DNA from: a virus
DNA length: 64,000 nucleotides
IMG/VR virus record: IMGVR_UViG_3300042987_003051
Span: 19,075 to 83,074 of that record
Reading direction: 5' to 3' (one strand)
Shown here: positions 17,537-26,831 of the stretch, piece by piece
Position numbering within the stretch: the first letter of the stretch is position 1
How the letters are laid out: the number at the start of each line of letters is the position of its first letter
Made by a program: the position numbers and the translations under genes
The notes under the pieces: model-generated
Told to the model about the DNA's origin: nothing
Seen by the model: only the letters and a program-made list of their open reading frames with translations
Database searches by the model: none

Positions 17537-17770
17537 ATGGAATCAGCATACGTAATAACATTCTCAGTAATGTTCACTTTGCTCTTTTTTATGGTCGGTG
17601 GTATAATAGGATGGCTGACTTATAGACATTTGTTAGAATCAAGACCTCCTTATTTGCATCCTGAATTTTTTGATGAAAATGGTCAGATTATACCTGACGA
17701 AATAGTATCTGTAAGATTTGAAAATAGCGATTACGATTATGACGACAACGAAGACGAAGACGAAGATTGA
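17537..17770 (+). CDS. Small membrane protein
   Basis: TM helix, HPEFFDENG and an acidic tail; GGAG RBS. Confidence 0.75.
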   Translation: MESAYVITFSVMFTLLFFMVGGIIGWLTYRHLLESRPPYLHPEFFDENGQIIPDEIVSVRFENSDYDYDDNEDEDED

Positions 17771-18311
17771 AACTACAAATGAAGAACTGCCAGTAAATCC
17801 ATTTACATTTGAAGTTTTAAGTCTTGTCTCAAAACAAAGAACAAATGAAAAAAAAGTGGAAATACTTAAAAAGTATGAAGATCCATCATTAAAAACTATT
17901 TTAATTTGGAATTTTGATGAATCTATTATTTCTCTCCTTCCAGAAGGTGAGGTTCCATATGCAAGTACAGGAGAACAAACATCTTATAGTGGAACTTTGA
18001 CTTCTAAAATTGATGATGCAGTTTCAAAGATGGAAGAACTGAATTCTAACTCTTTAGGATCTATGGACCAAGGTCGTTCATCTATAAGAAAAGAATATCA
18101 AATGTTTTATAATTTCGTGAAAGGTGGAAATGATGGATTGAGTTCTCTTCGGAGAGAAACTATGTTTATTAATATTCTTCAGGGACTTCATCCACTTGAA
18201 GCAGAAATTTTATGCTTGGTTAAGGATAAAAAACTTCAAACTAAATATAAGATAACTCACGAAATTGTAAAGGAAGCATATCCTGACATTCAGTGGGGTG
18301 GTCGCTCATGA
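17739..18311 (+). CDS. Conserved T4-like hypothetical protein
   Basis: WNFD..LLPEGEVPY...RRETMFINILQGLHPLEAE. Confidence 0.8.
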   Translation: MTTTKTKTKIETTNEELPVNPFTFEVLSLVSKQRTNEKKVEILKKYEDPSLKTILIWNFDESIISLLPEGEVPYASTGEQTSYSGTLTSKIDDAVSKMEELNSNSLGSMDQGRSSIRKEYQMFYNFVKGGNDGLSSLRRETMFINILQGLHPLEAEILCLVKDKKLQTKYKITHEIVKEAYPDIQWGGRS

Positions 18312-18646
18312 CAGTAACGGTAGGAGTTGAAAAAGATATGGCAGAAAAGTCTAAAAATGAAAAACCTATTCTGCCTCATGAATATGGATGTGAAATTATT
18401 TTAGAAAAAACTACCATCGAAAAGGCAAAAAATCCATCTTTTCCAAATGATGCCTATTTAATTTGGTATCTCGATGAAGGAAAAGAGTATGTCGATTTAA
18501 CTCGCTGTCATAAAAAAGTTCAGTTATTTGATATGTATTATGATAAATATGGTGCTGGAGCAGTTCAAAAAATTGACTTTGGATATGGAAGAGTGAATCC
18601 CAAACTTTGGGGATATAAACAACCTGAGAAAAAGAAAAGAAAATGA
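18308..18646 (+). CDS. Hypothetical cyanophage protein
   Basis: FDMYYDKYG...GYGRVNPKLWG; ATGA overlap. Confidence 0.75.
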   Translation: MTVTVGVEKDMAEKSKNEKPILPHEYGCEIILEKTTIEKAKNPSFPNDAYLIWYLDEGKEYVDLTRCHKKVQLFDMYYDKYGAGAVQKIDFGYGRVNPKLWGYKQPEKKKRK

Positions 18647-18855
18647 GTGCAGGATTTGGTGGACAAGGAAAAGAAAATAGAATTGGTAAGGATGCAAATA
18701 TTACTATTGATTTAGATAATATTAATGTTGTATTAAAAAAATATAAAAAAATTAAAAAGTATATGAAATCTCCTTTGTTTGCTGTTAAAACAATGGATGG
18801 TACAGAAAAGATTGTGAGTTCGTTGGTAAAGGAAGCGGAGGAAAATCCACTGTAA
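18643..18855 (+). CDS. Hypothetical protein
   Basis: 70 aa, ATGA-coupled. Confidence 0.65.
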   Translation: MSAGFGGQGKENRIGKDANITIDLDNINVVLKKYKKIKKYMKSPLFAVKTMDGTEKIVSSLVKEAEENPL

Positions 18856-18856
18856 A

Positions 18857-19183
18857 ATGGGGAAGCATTATCTACTTAATTTGTATGGATGCTCGTTTGT
18901 CCTTTTGGACGACGAGATTTGTCTTAAAGATTTACTTGAAAATGCAGCAGTAGCAAGCGGGGCAACAGTAGTTCAAACTATTTCAAAAAAGTTTTATCCC
19001 CAAGGAGTAACTGTACTCTGTTTATTGTCAGAAAGTCATATTAGTATTCATACATGGCCTGAAGAAGGTAAGGCAGCAGTAGATGTATATACTTGTGGTG
19101 ATTGTAACCCCAAGATTGGATGTGATATTATCATCCAACAACTTTATGCAACTAATCATACTCTGAGTTACATAGAACGGTAA
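18857..19183 (+). CDS. speD: S-adenosylmethionine decarboxylase proenzyme
   Basis: MGKH, PQGVT, LSESHISIHTWPE and DVYTCG motifs. Confidence 0.95.
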   Translation: MGKHYLLNLYGCSFVLLDDEICLKDLLENAAVASGATVVQTISKKFYPQGVTVLCLLSESHISIHTWPEEGKAAVDVYTCGDCNPKIGCDIIIQQLYATNHTLSYIER

Positions 19184-19229
19184 CAAAAGATACAAAAGTT
19201 CTTGCATAAATTTAAAGAGATGCTATAAT
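19180..19229 (+). promoter_or_regulatory. NtcA-type box and sigma70 promoter
   Basis: GTAACAAAAGATAC (GTA-N8-TAC, 19180-19193); TTGCAT-N16-TATAAT with TG. Confidence 0.65.
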
Positions 19230-19236
19230 GCATTTA

Positions 19237-19332
19237 CGTTCATCGGAGAAATCCGACGCAAGTAGGACGGCGGAACGGGACGTTCATTCGCTATTCGCAA
19301 ATAGCGAACGCAAACCGCCCGAAGGAACGGGA
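19237..19332 (+). ncRNA. Tandem glutamine riboswitch-like aptamers (glnA/Downstream-peptide class)
   Basis: Two copies of CGTTCA-hairpin-CGCA-...-GGAACGGGA upstream of a YRG-motif peptide. Confidence 0.8.
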
Positions 19333-19361
19333 CTAACCATCTCATTCTGGAGGAAATCCTA

Positions 19362-19520
19362 ATGTCAAAAGTCGTTTATAGAGGGTGTCCTTATGACACC
19401 GAGGATGCAAAAAAAGAGTATGTATCATGGTATAACCAGACACATGCTCCGGCACATCCAAAAAACACATATCGTGGTTTAACATACCGTCCTTGCAATA
19501 ATGCGGAGGTGGCAAAATGA
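19362..19520 (+). CDS. DUF4278-like peptide (52 aa)
   Basis: MSKVVYRGCPY...TYRGLTY, two YRG motifs; GGAGG RBS; not in the ORF track. Confidence 0.85.
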   Translation: MSKVVYRGCPYDTEDAKKEYVSWYNQTHAPAHPKNTYRGLTYRPCNNAEVAK

Positions 19521-19618
19521 ATACTTATTTCGTTCGCTATCTCAAGAAAAAGGCAAAGAAAGAAAAACTTCTTAAGGATGCACAACTGAATATGGCAAAG
19601 CAACCTCAAGTTGCTTGA
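19517..19618 (+). CDS. Small basic peptide (33 aa)
   Basis: MNTYFVRYLKKKAKKEKLLKDAQLNMAKQPQVA; ATGA overlap and GGAGG RBS. Confidence 0.6.
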   Translation: MNTYFVRYLKKKAKKEKLLKDAQLNMAKQPQVA

Positions 19619-19622
19619 TTTT

Positions 19623-19661
19623 AGAGAGGGACTTGACTCCCTCTCTTTTTTTATGTATAAT
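19623..19661 (+). terminator. Terminator overlapping a sigma70 promoter
   Basis: AGAGAGGGA/TCCCTCTCT plus a T run; TTGACT in the loop and TATAAT at 19656-19661. Confidence 0.8.
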
Positions 19662-19684
19662 GACCTTTGTGGAGGTTGATAAAG

Positions 19685-19921
19685 ATGGATAGAGAAAAGC
19701 TTAAGCTTATTATAAGAAACCTTGAGTCTCTTTTGGAATGTTTAAAATCAGAAGTATATTCTAATGTAGATTCATATAAACAAGAACCACGATATGAGGA
19801 GATTGTACATTACATTGACGATTATGATGAGGTCTTTTATGATGAGGAAGATGACTTTGATTTACCAAACGTAAATAGAAAATACAAGATTACAAACGAT
19901 GATGATGGAGATGGACTATGA
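19685..19921 (+). CDS. Hypothetical acidic protein
   Basis: MDREKLKLIIRNLE...; GGAGG RBS. Confidence 0.7.
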   Translation: MDREKLKLIIRNLESLLECLKSEVYSNVDSYKQEPRYEEIVHYIDDYDEVFYDEEDDFDLPNVNRKYKITNDDDGDGL

Positions 19922-20670
19922 AACCAATTAAATCAAAAGATCTACTAAAACTCGACAAAAGGCTTCAGGTTGTAAAACTTCAATGCTATCCAATTCCAGA
20001 GCAAGTTATTTGGCAGGCAGGAAAGGGTGATTACTCTGAAGTTCCTATTCACGAAGTTAAAGTTCCAAGTCATCAGGAATGTGGTGAATGGATTGTGGAG
20101 CAACTTCTTGCAAATGAAAGAGGTCATTGGGGTCCATTAGAGCATCCGGGAATTACTTTTTCAGTGGCTGGATTTGTTCATAGTGTAATGGTTCAGTCAA
20201 GAACTCATCGTATTGGAACTTCTTGGGATGTTCAATCTCAACGTTATACTGGAAAGCGTGTAGTAAAAGTTGCAAAAAAAGAACTGGACATAGAAGATGT
20301 CTTCTATGTGCGTCCTGAGGGGTTCTACACCAATCGTAAAGGTAAGAAGTATGAATGGACCGAAGGGCACCGTCAACGCAAGTTAGAGAGGATTCTGAGT
20401 GAGTGTGAGGAGTATGCTGATTACTATGAGCAAGGAATGTGTGAAGAGCATATTCGCGACTATCTTCCTCAAGCAATACGTCAGAATTTTGTAGTATCAT
20501 TTAATCTTCGTTCTGTTCTTCACTTTATGGATCTTCGTTCAAAACTTGATGCACAGGTTGAAATACAAGCACTTTGCGATGCTTTTATGCCTGAACTTCA
20601 AAGGTGGGCGCCTAATGTTTGGAAGTATTATGAGGAGAAGAGGCTTCATAAAGCACGATTGAGTCCCTAA
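19918..20670 (+). CDS. thyX: Flavin-dependent thymidylate synthase
   Basis: GHWGPLEH, RTHR...SQRY, NLRS...LR and AQVEIQ motifs. Confidence 0.95.
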   Translation: MKPIKSKDLLKLDKRLQVVKLQCYPIPEQVIWQAGKGDYSEVPIHEVKVPSHQECGEWIVEQLLANERGHWGPLEHPGITFSVAGFVHSVMVQSRTHRIGTSWDVQSQRYTGKRVVKVAKKELDIEDVFYVRPEGFYTNRKGKKYEWTEGHRQRKLERILSECEEYADYYEQGMCEEHIRDYLPQAIRQNFVVSFNLRSVLHFMDLRSKLDAQVEIQALCDAFMPELQRWAPNVWKYYEEKRLHKARLSP

Positions 20671-20748
20671 TATGCCGAAATAAAAGAAAAAGTCACTCTG
20701 GATATGTTTGGAAATATGTGATATAATAATTTTTATTTAAAAAATAAA

Positions 20749-20907
20749 ATGAAAAGTTGGTGCATCAAAGATCATTTAACTGGACATATATTCAAAATTC
20801 TTTTAAGTGAAGAGGACTTTCAAAAATTTCTCAAAGAAAATCCAGATGTGGATGAATGTATTGATTGTGTAGAGTGCGATGATGCACCTTCAATTACTAT
20901 TGAATAA
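20749..20907 (+). CDS. Small hypothetical protein (52 aa)
   Basis: MKSWCIKDHLTGH...CIDCVECDD. Confidence 0.55.
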   Translation: MKSWCIKDHLTGHIFKILLSEEDFQKFLKENPDVDECIDCVECDDAPSITIE

Positions 20908-20935
20908 ATATTCCCATATAAAATGGAGGTTAGCA

Positions 20936-21184
20936 TTGGCAACGTATCCGGTTATCAATAAACAAACTGGTGAACAAAAAGAAATTACAATGAGTGTTCA
21001 CGATTGGGACCAGTGGAAGAAAGACAATCCAGAATGGGATAGAGATTGGTCTGATCCATCAACCTGTCCTGCTTCGGGTGAAGTTGGTGAAATTTATGAT
21101 CGACTTAAAAAATCTCACCCAGGATGGAACAATGTCTTACATAAAGCTTCAAAGGTTCCTGGATCAAAAGTAAAACCAATTTAA
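20936..21184 (+). CDS. Conserved T4-like hypothetical protein upstream of phoH
   Basis: TTG start (ATYPVINKQTGE) after GGAGG. Confidence 0.75.
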   Translation: MATYPVINKQTGEQKEITMSVHDWDQWKKDNPEWDRDWSDPSTCPASGEVGEIYDRLKKSHPGWNNVLHKASKVPGSKVKPI

Positions 21185-21191
21185 TTTTTAT

Positions 21192-21947
21192 ATGGCAAGA
21201 AGAAATAGGAAAGAAGACCATCCAATTGGTGTTGGAATGACTGCAAGGCAAATGAAGCGCAAGAAACCAATTAGTTCTGATTTGATGAGAGATATTGAAC
21301 CTCTTACAGAAAATCAAACACGACTTTATCAAGCATACGAAAAAGGGCAGCATATTGTTGCTTATGGATGTGCTGGAACAGGTAAAACTTTTATTACCTT
21401 GTATAATGCTCTTCAAGATGTACTTGATGAGAGAAGCCCTTACGAAAAAATATACATTGTAAGGTCTCTTGTTGCCACTCGTGAAATTGGTTTTCTTCCT
21501 GGAGACCATGAAGATAAGTCTTCACTTTACCAAATCCCGTACAAGAATATGGTAAAGTATATGTTTACCCCACAAGATGAAGCGGCTGCTGAAATGCTTT
21601 ATGGTAATCTCAAAACTCAAGGAACGATTAGTTTTTGGAGCACTTCTTTTATTCGCGGAACTACTTTAGATAAAAGTATTATCATCGTTGATGAATTTCA
21701 AAACTTGAACTTTCACGAACTTGATAGTATAATTACTCGTGTAGGTGAAAATAGTAAGATTATGTTCTGTGGTGATGCCACTCAATCTGATCTTATCAAA
21801 ACGAATGAAAAGAACGGAATCGTTGATTTTATGAAAATTCTTCGTATGATGCCTTCAATTGATATTATTGAATTTGGAGTTGACGATATTGTTCGTTCTG
21901 GATTTGTAAAGGAATATATTCTTGCTAAAATGGAAGTTGGTGTATGA
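21192..21947 (+). CDS. phoH: PhoH-like ATPase
   Basis: GCAGTGKT, GFLPG, RGTT, DEFQN and GDATQSD motifs. Confidence 0.95.
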   Translation: MARRNRKEDHPIGVGMTARQMKRKKPISSDLMRDIEPLTENQTRLYQAYEKGQHIVAYGCAGTGKTFITLYNALQDVLDERSPYEKIYIVRSLVATREIGFLPGDHEDKSSLYQIPYKNMVKYMFTPQDEAAAEMLYGNLKTQGTISFWSTSFIRGTTLDKSIIIVDEFQNLNFHELDSIITRVGENSKIMFCGDATQSDLIKTNEKNGIVDFMKILRMMPSIDIIEFGVDDIVRSGFVKEYILAKMEVGV

Positions 21948-22624
21948 GTTTTGTTCATCATAATTTTTTAGGTGATCTTGAATTAGAAAAAGACGATACA
22001 AAACAATTTAGATTGTATCGTCTTCCAAATAACCAATGGGTGCCTTCAATTACTTCGGTTACTTCATTCTATAATCGTCAAATTTTCATTGATTGGAAAA
22101 AGCGTGTAGGACTTGAAGAAGCAAATCGGATTACTAAAAAGGCAACAGCAAGAGGAACGGATTTTCACCAAGTTTGTCAAGATTATCTTGAAAACAAAGA
22201 ACTTATCTGGGAAAGTTATCAACCTCTGACAAAGATTATGTTTCATCACGCGAAACCATATCTTGATAAGATAAATAATATTCACGCGATTGAAAGAACT
22301 TTATACTCTGAATATTATGGACTTGCGGGAAGAGTTGACTGTATTGCAGAATACGAAGGAGAATTAGCAGTCATTGACTTTAAAACTTCAGAAAAAATTA
22401 AACCTGAAGAATGGATTGAAAATTATTTTGTTCAGGAAATGTTTTATGCTGCTGCTTATTATGAGCGGACTGGACAAATCGTTAAAAAACTCATCACATT
22501 AATGGTTACTCCAACTGGCGAAGTCAAGGTGTTTGACAAAAGAAACAAAGGAGATTATATTAAGTTATTAGTTCGCTACGTTAAAGAATTTGTACATCAC
22601 AATATTAGGTCAGATGGAGAATGA
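21944..22624 (+). CDS. PD-(D/E)XK exonuclease (Cas4-like)
   Basis: PSITSV, RGTDFH, AGRVDC and IDFKT motifs. Confidence 0.9.
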   Translation: MSFVHHNFLGDLELEKDDTKQFRLYRLPNNQWVPSITSVTSFYNRQIFIDWKKRVGLEEANRITKKATARGTDFHQVCQDYLENKELIWESYQPLTKIMFHHAKPYLDKINNIHAIERTLYSEYYGLAGRVDCIAEYEGELAVIDFKTSEKIKPEEWIENYFVQEMFYAAAYYERTGQIVKKLITLMVTPTGEVKVFDKRNKGDYIKLLVRYVKEFVHHNIRSDGE

Positions 22625-22871
22625 ATTAGAGAAAGCACTAGAAAGTAAATTTTATTGCCCCTCTAAGTTCGCACAAGAGATTGAAAATCTTGTACATATT
22701 AATACAGATATGAATTATATTGATGCAATTATTCATTTTTGTGAAGAAAACAATATTGATTTAGAATCAGTTCCCAAATTGATTTCAAAACCTTTGAAAG
22801 AAAAAATTAAGTATGAAGCAATGGAATTAAACTTTTTGAAAAAAACTTCCCGTGCCAAATTGGTTTTTTAA
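22614..22871 (+). CDS. gp33: Late transcription coactivator gp33
   Basis: YIDAIIHFCEEN...KEKIKYEAMELNFL; position before gp59. Confidence 0.88.
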   Translation: MENELEKALESKFYCPSKFAQEIENLVHINTDMNYIDAIIHFCEENNIDLESVPKLISKPLKEKIKYEAMELNFLKKTSRAKLVF

Positions 22872-23467
22872 TGGCACCATTTGATTGTTATAAAATTTAT
22901 CTTGCATTAAAAAATCATTTCACTAAAGATAACTACGATTACTTTAAGTATTGCGGAAAATCCAGAGCATCTATTCAATCTTTCTATAAACGAAAAGATA
23001 GATTTTGGTTTGAAAAGATTTCCCGCCAAAAATCAGATAAAGAAATTTTAGATTTTTTTGTTTCTAATTTTGTTTCTTGTAATGACCCCGAATCTTTGTG
23101 GATAGGTGAAATAATTAAAGAAGGAGAGAGTAGATACAAGGAGTGGCAGAAAAAAATTCAATCACTTTCTTATATTTTCAAACAAGAAAGCAAATCTTTA
23201 TTTGAAGAAAATAAATTTGAAACTATTTTTGAATGTTTAAAAGGACACCCAGTTCTTCTTAAACAATATTTGAGCGGTAACATATCTTTAGAGACTATAG
23301 TTCTTTATGATAAAATTTTTGAATACTCAAAAAAATTTGATAAAAAACTTCTAGATCCTGTGTGGGAAACCGTCAGTCGTAGAATTAAAAAATATAAACC
23401 CTTTCTAAATATTGATGTATTTCAATATCGTAAAATTTTGAAGCAAATTATTTTGGAGGATCAATGA
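22871..23467 (+). CDS. gp59: Helicase loader gp59
   Basis: YLALKNHF...YDYFKY, FYKRKDR and ISLET motifs. Confidence 0.9.
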   Translation: MAPFDCYKIYLALKNHFTKDNYDYFKYCGKSRASIQSFYKRKDRFWFEKISRQKSDKEILDFFVSNFVSCNDPESLWIGEIIKEGESRYKEWQKKIQSLSYIFKQESKSLFEENKFETIFECLKGHPVLLKQYLSGNISLETIVLYDKIFEYSKKFDKKLLDPVWETVSRRIKKYKPFLNIDVFQYRKILKQIILEDQ

Positions 23468-23808
23468 GTTTCTTTAGTTCGGAAGTCGTCCGTGCAGAGA
23501 TGACTGAAATTGCGGAACTTCAAGAACAAGTTTATGCAAATGTATTTAAATTTCCCTCAATGAGTAAAGAGGAAAAACTAGAACATGTTAAAGTTCTAGA
23601 GAAACTTTTAGATAAACAAAAAATTCTTTATACAAGAATGAGTTTATCTGATGATCCTGAGGCAGTTGAAATGAAAGAATGTATTGTTAATTCTGCAATT
23701 GGTATGGGTATGCCTCCTGGAACAGATATGAATATCATTTTGAATAATATGTCTAAAATGCTTGATAATATGAAAACTCAGATTGACAAGACAGGTTCCG
23801 ACCTGTAG
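23464..23808 (+). CDS. DUF1825-like protein
   Basis: MSFFSSEVVRAE...RMSLSDDPEA. Confidence 0.75.
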   Translation: MSFFSSEVVRAEMTEIAELQEQVYANVFKFPSMSKEEKLEHVKVLEKLLDKQKILYTRMSLSDDPEAVEMKECIVNSAIGMGMPPGTDMNIILNNMSKMLDNMKTQIDKTGSDL

Positions 23809-23855
23809 AATATTGAAGTACACAAAGGCCAAATCTCAACAAATACGAGGTACAA

Positions 23856-24803
23856 ATGTCATTCCAAAATCTTAAAAAGCAATCTTCTCTTGGTTCACTG
23901 ACTGAAAAACTTGTAAAGCAAGTTGAAAAAATGAGTGCCACTTCTAGTGGTCCTGATGAGCGTTTCTGGAAACCAGAAATGGGTAAAGATGGTGTCGGAT
24001 CTGCAGTAATTCGTTTCCTGCCCGCACCAGAAGGTGAAGAACTTCCTTGGACAAAAATGTATTCACACGCTTTCCAAGGACCTGGTGGATGGTATATTGA
24101 GAATTCACTTACTACAGTTGGTCAAAAAGATCCTGTGAGTGAATACAATCGTGGACTGTGGAATAGCGGTAGCGAGAAAGATAAGGATACTGTTCGTAAG
24201 CAAAAGCGTAAACTCTCTTATTACAGCAATATCTACGTCGTCAAGGATCCTGCAAATCCAGCAAACGAAGGTAAAGTTTTTCTTTTCAAGTACGGTAAGA
24301 AAATCTTTGATAAAATTCTGAATGCAATGCAACCAGAATTTGATGATGAAGATCCAATCAATCCTTTTGACTTCTGGCAAGGTGCAAACTTCAAGATCAA
24401 AATTGTGAAGAAGGATGGTTACTGGAACTATGATAAGTCTGAGTTTGATCGTGTAGCACCACTTCTTGATGATGACGATGCACTTGAAGCAATTTGGAAG
24501 AAAGAATATTCTCTGACTGCAATCAGTGCTCCTGATCAATTCAAGACATACGAAGAACTTGAGCGTCGTATGAATTACGTTCTTGGACTTAGTGAAACAA
24601 ATACTCCTACTAAGTCCCGTGCTGTGATTGAGCAAGAAGATGAGTTCGAATCTTATTCTTCTACTCCAAGTCGTGAAGAGCGAGTAATGGAAGAACTTGA
24701 AGAGTCTTACAATCGTAGTAAGTCTCCTTCACTTCCTAAAATTACTTCTGATGATGACGATGAAGATGATGCTCTTGCTTATTTTTCCCGTCTTGCTGAA
24801 TAA
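23856..24803 (+). CDS. gp32: Single-stranded DNA-binding protein gp32
   Basis: DERFW, IRFLP, WYIENS and NYDKSEF motifs with an acidic tail. Confidence 0.95.
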   Translation: MSFQNLKKQSSLGSLTEKLVKQVEKMSATSSGPDERFWKPEMGKDGVGSAVIRFLPAPEGEELPWTKMYSHAFQGPGGWYIENSLTTVGQKDPVSEYNRGLWNSGSEKDKDTVRKQKRKLSYYSNIYVVKDPANPANEGKVFLFKYGKKIFDKILNAMQPEFDDEDPINPFDFWQGANFKIKIVKKDGYWNYDKSEFDRVAPLLDDDDALEAIWKKEYSLTAISAPDQFKTYEELERRMNYVLGLSETNTPTKSRAVIEQEDEFESYSSTPSREERVMEELEESYNRSKSPSLPKITSDDDDEDDALAYFSRLAE

Positions 24804-24806
24804 TTT

Positions 24807-25526
24807 TTATTCATAAAGACGAATATTATCTCCCTTCTTAAGGTTCTCAGAAACATATTGCTGAGAACCTTTTTTGTATGGCATTATATCATCCATATCA
24901 TTGAATATAATATTTAAATATCTTGGTTTAAGAATGTAAATATTTCTTTTGTTTTCTTCAATGGTATTTTCATATTCATAATTTGTAATGGGTTTTATGA
25001 ATGAAGATGATGGAACTTGAACGACATATTCAAGTCCTTGGTCCCAATATTCATAGTAATAAGAAGTGTCATTTTTTATAAAGTTACCGTTAGTTTCCCA
25101 GGTAGGACTCATTTTTAATCCACCAGCAAGAACAGTAATTCCTAATGAGTTTTTAATTTCTTCAGTTTCATAGTGATGAATTCCATTGTACAGGTTGTCA
25201 TATGAATTATATTTTTCCAATAAAAATTCATCGAAAGTTTTTTGCGTCATTGGCCACTCTGATTGAATATTCAAAATATTATTGGAAAGAAGAATAACCC
25301 AATCTAATGTTGAATCATCGTAAAATTTATAAGCGACATTATCAGGTCTTTCATCTCCGATGATTGAATACTTTTCAAAGAATGCAAGGTTTCCAAAAAT
25401 GTCTTCACGAAGTTTTCCCCTCTTAAATAAATTTTTTACAGGAATATAATCAGAGATATATTGTTCTCCTTTATTGCGAGAAACATATTCAAAGTTTGGA
25501 ACTTGTCTGAAGTATGGCTTGGTCAT
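24807..25526 (-). CDS. gp53: Baseplate wedge subunit gp53
   Basis: ERPDNVAYKFY..WVILLSN, EWPM, HHYET and NYEYE..E.KR.I motifs. Confidence 0.9.
   Translation of the reverse strand: MTKPYFRQVPNFEYVSRNKGEQYISDYIPVKNLFKRGKLREDIFGNLAFFEKYSIIGDERPDNVAYKFYDDSTLDWVILLSNNILNIQSEWPMTQKTFDEFLLEKYNSYDNLYNGIHHYETEEIKNSLGITVLAGGLKMSPTWETNGNFIKNDTSYYYEYWDQGLEYVVQVPSSSFIKPITNYEYENTIEENKRNIYILKPRYLNIIFNDMDDIMPYKKGSQQYVSENLKKGDNIRLYE
24841..24875 (+). terminator. gp32 terminator embedded antisense in gp53
   Basis: AGGTTCTCAG...CTGAGAACCT followed by a T run. Confidence 0.75.
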
Positions 25527-25527
25527 T

Positions 25528-26757
25528 TTAGAATCCTATTGGATGATCTTTATAATCCCTACTATAAACTGGTTCAAGTTCTTGGAATTGTAAAGTTAAC
25601 GTATAAGAAACCATTGTCCCTTCTGGATATGTCATATAAGTTCCATTAGGAGTATAATCAACAGAACAATTTGTAAGAGCACATTCTTTAATTAAGTTTA
25701 GACCTGGATGTATTGTGTTTTTTTTATATTGATACTGAATTTTAAAAACATTTGGTGCTTTTAAAAATAATCCTTGATCTCCTACAATGGGAGCCATATT
25801 TTCTTTAAAATATCTTATTATTTTTTTTACTACTTTTGCTTCATTTTCACTTCTTGGTGAGAGTTTGAATGTAAAATTAAATGGTCTTAATTGTGGGGAT
25901 TGGAAAAGAAGTTCTAGGTTTGGATTGAGAACTTTTCCATTTAGTCTTGAAAGGAGATTATTGACTCCTACAGCTTGTCCGGCAAGATATGTTCTTACTT
26001 CAGACTGAGATACTCTCAAATCTTCTAGTGCTTGGGTGAACTTTTGAGAAACAGCTCCTGTAATATCTGTAGTACTACCAGATTCCATTATTCTTCTAGA
26101 CAATCCAACTGCTTGCTTTTCAATTGGATTTAAAGTATCTTGTTCCCATCCAACGACATTTTGATCTGTAATTGAAGATTGAATTGGTAAAAGAACTGCA
26201 GGTCCAGTTGCGACTTTGGTTACGGGCAATACTTCAAAACCTTGACTTGGAACTCTACTTGGACTTGATGTATAAGTTAATGCTTGAAACATAATTCTAT
26301 CCTGATCATCTTTCATGCGAATTGGGTATTTTAAATATGCATCCGATTCTCCTGTACTTTGATCTTGTGATGTCTGTGTTGGTGTTGAAGTTCCTTGTGT
26401 TCCTGGTTGATTTGGATTTGTAGTGGAACTATTCTGAGGTGCAGATCCTGTTATTTGTTGCTTTAGTCCAACATCTGCTCCTATGGACTGTACTTGAGAT
26501 GCATTTCCGTTTGCAGTTTCTCGTCCAGGTGGATATGGACCATATCTCCAAGATCCTCCTTGCTGTTTTTCGTATCCAGAGACTAAAACATAATATCTTC
26601 CATTTTCATTTCCAGTATATTGCTCTCCAAATTTGTTTGCAACTCTTGTTGCTTCTGTTAGATTTGCTTCATAATAAATGCCTATGGTCTTTCCAGAAGG
26701 TGTTGATTGATACGCCCAAGTTCTTCCACCTTTACGGAAAGTTTTTAACTGAGACAT
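25528..26757 (-). CDS. gp48: Baseplate tail-tube cap gp48
   Basis: NPNLELLFQSPQLRPFNFTF, CALTNCSVDYTP and FQELEP motifs. Confidence 0.9.
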   Translation of the reverse strand: MSQLKTFRKGGRTWAYQSTPSGKTIGIYYEANLTEATRVANKFGEQYTGNENGRYYVLVSGYEKQQGGSWRYGPYPPGRETANGNASQVQSIGADVGLKQQITGSAPQNSSTTNPNQPGTQGTSTPTQTSQDQSTGESDAYLKYPIRMKDDQDRIMFQALTYTSSPSRVPSQGFEVLPVTKVATGPAVLLPIQSSITDQNVVGWEQDTLNPIEKQAVGLSRRIMESGSTTDITGAVSQKFTQALEDLRVSQSEVRTYLAGQAVGVNNLLSRLNGKVLNPNLELLFQSPQLRPFNFTFKLSPRSENEAKVVKKIIRYFKENMAPIVGDQGLFLKAPNVFKIQYQYKKNTIHPGLNLIKECALTNCSVDYTPNGTYMTYPEGTMVSYTLTLQFQELEPVYSRDYKDHPIGF

Positions 26758-26819
26758 CAGAACTCCTCCTCAATTACAAGAGGATTAACTATCTCAATTG
26801 TTCGTAGAGTATGAGACAT
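26757..26819 (-). CDS. 20-aa leader ORF coupled to gp48
   Basis: MSHTLRTIEIVNPLVIEEEF; TGATG overlap. Confidence 0.4.
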   Translation of the reverse strand: MSHTLRTIEIVNPLVIEEEF

Positions 26820-26831
26820 TGATAAGGAGTT

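Noticed and set aside
21944-22624. Cas4-like nuclease as evidence of CRISPR-Cas
   Set aside because: Standard solo exonuclease of T4-like cyanophages between phoH and gp33.
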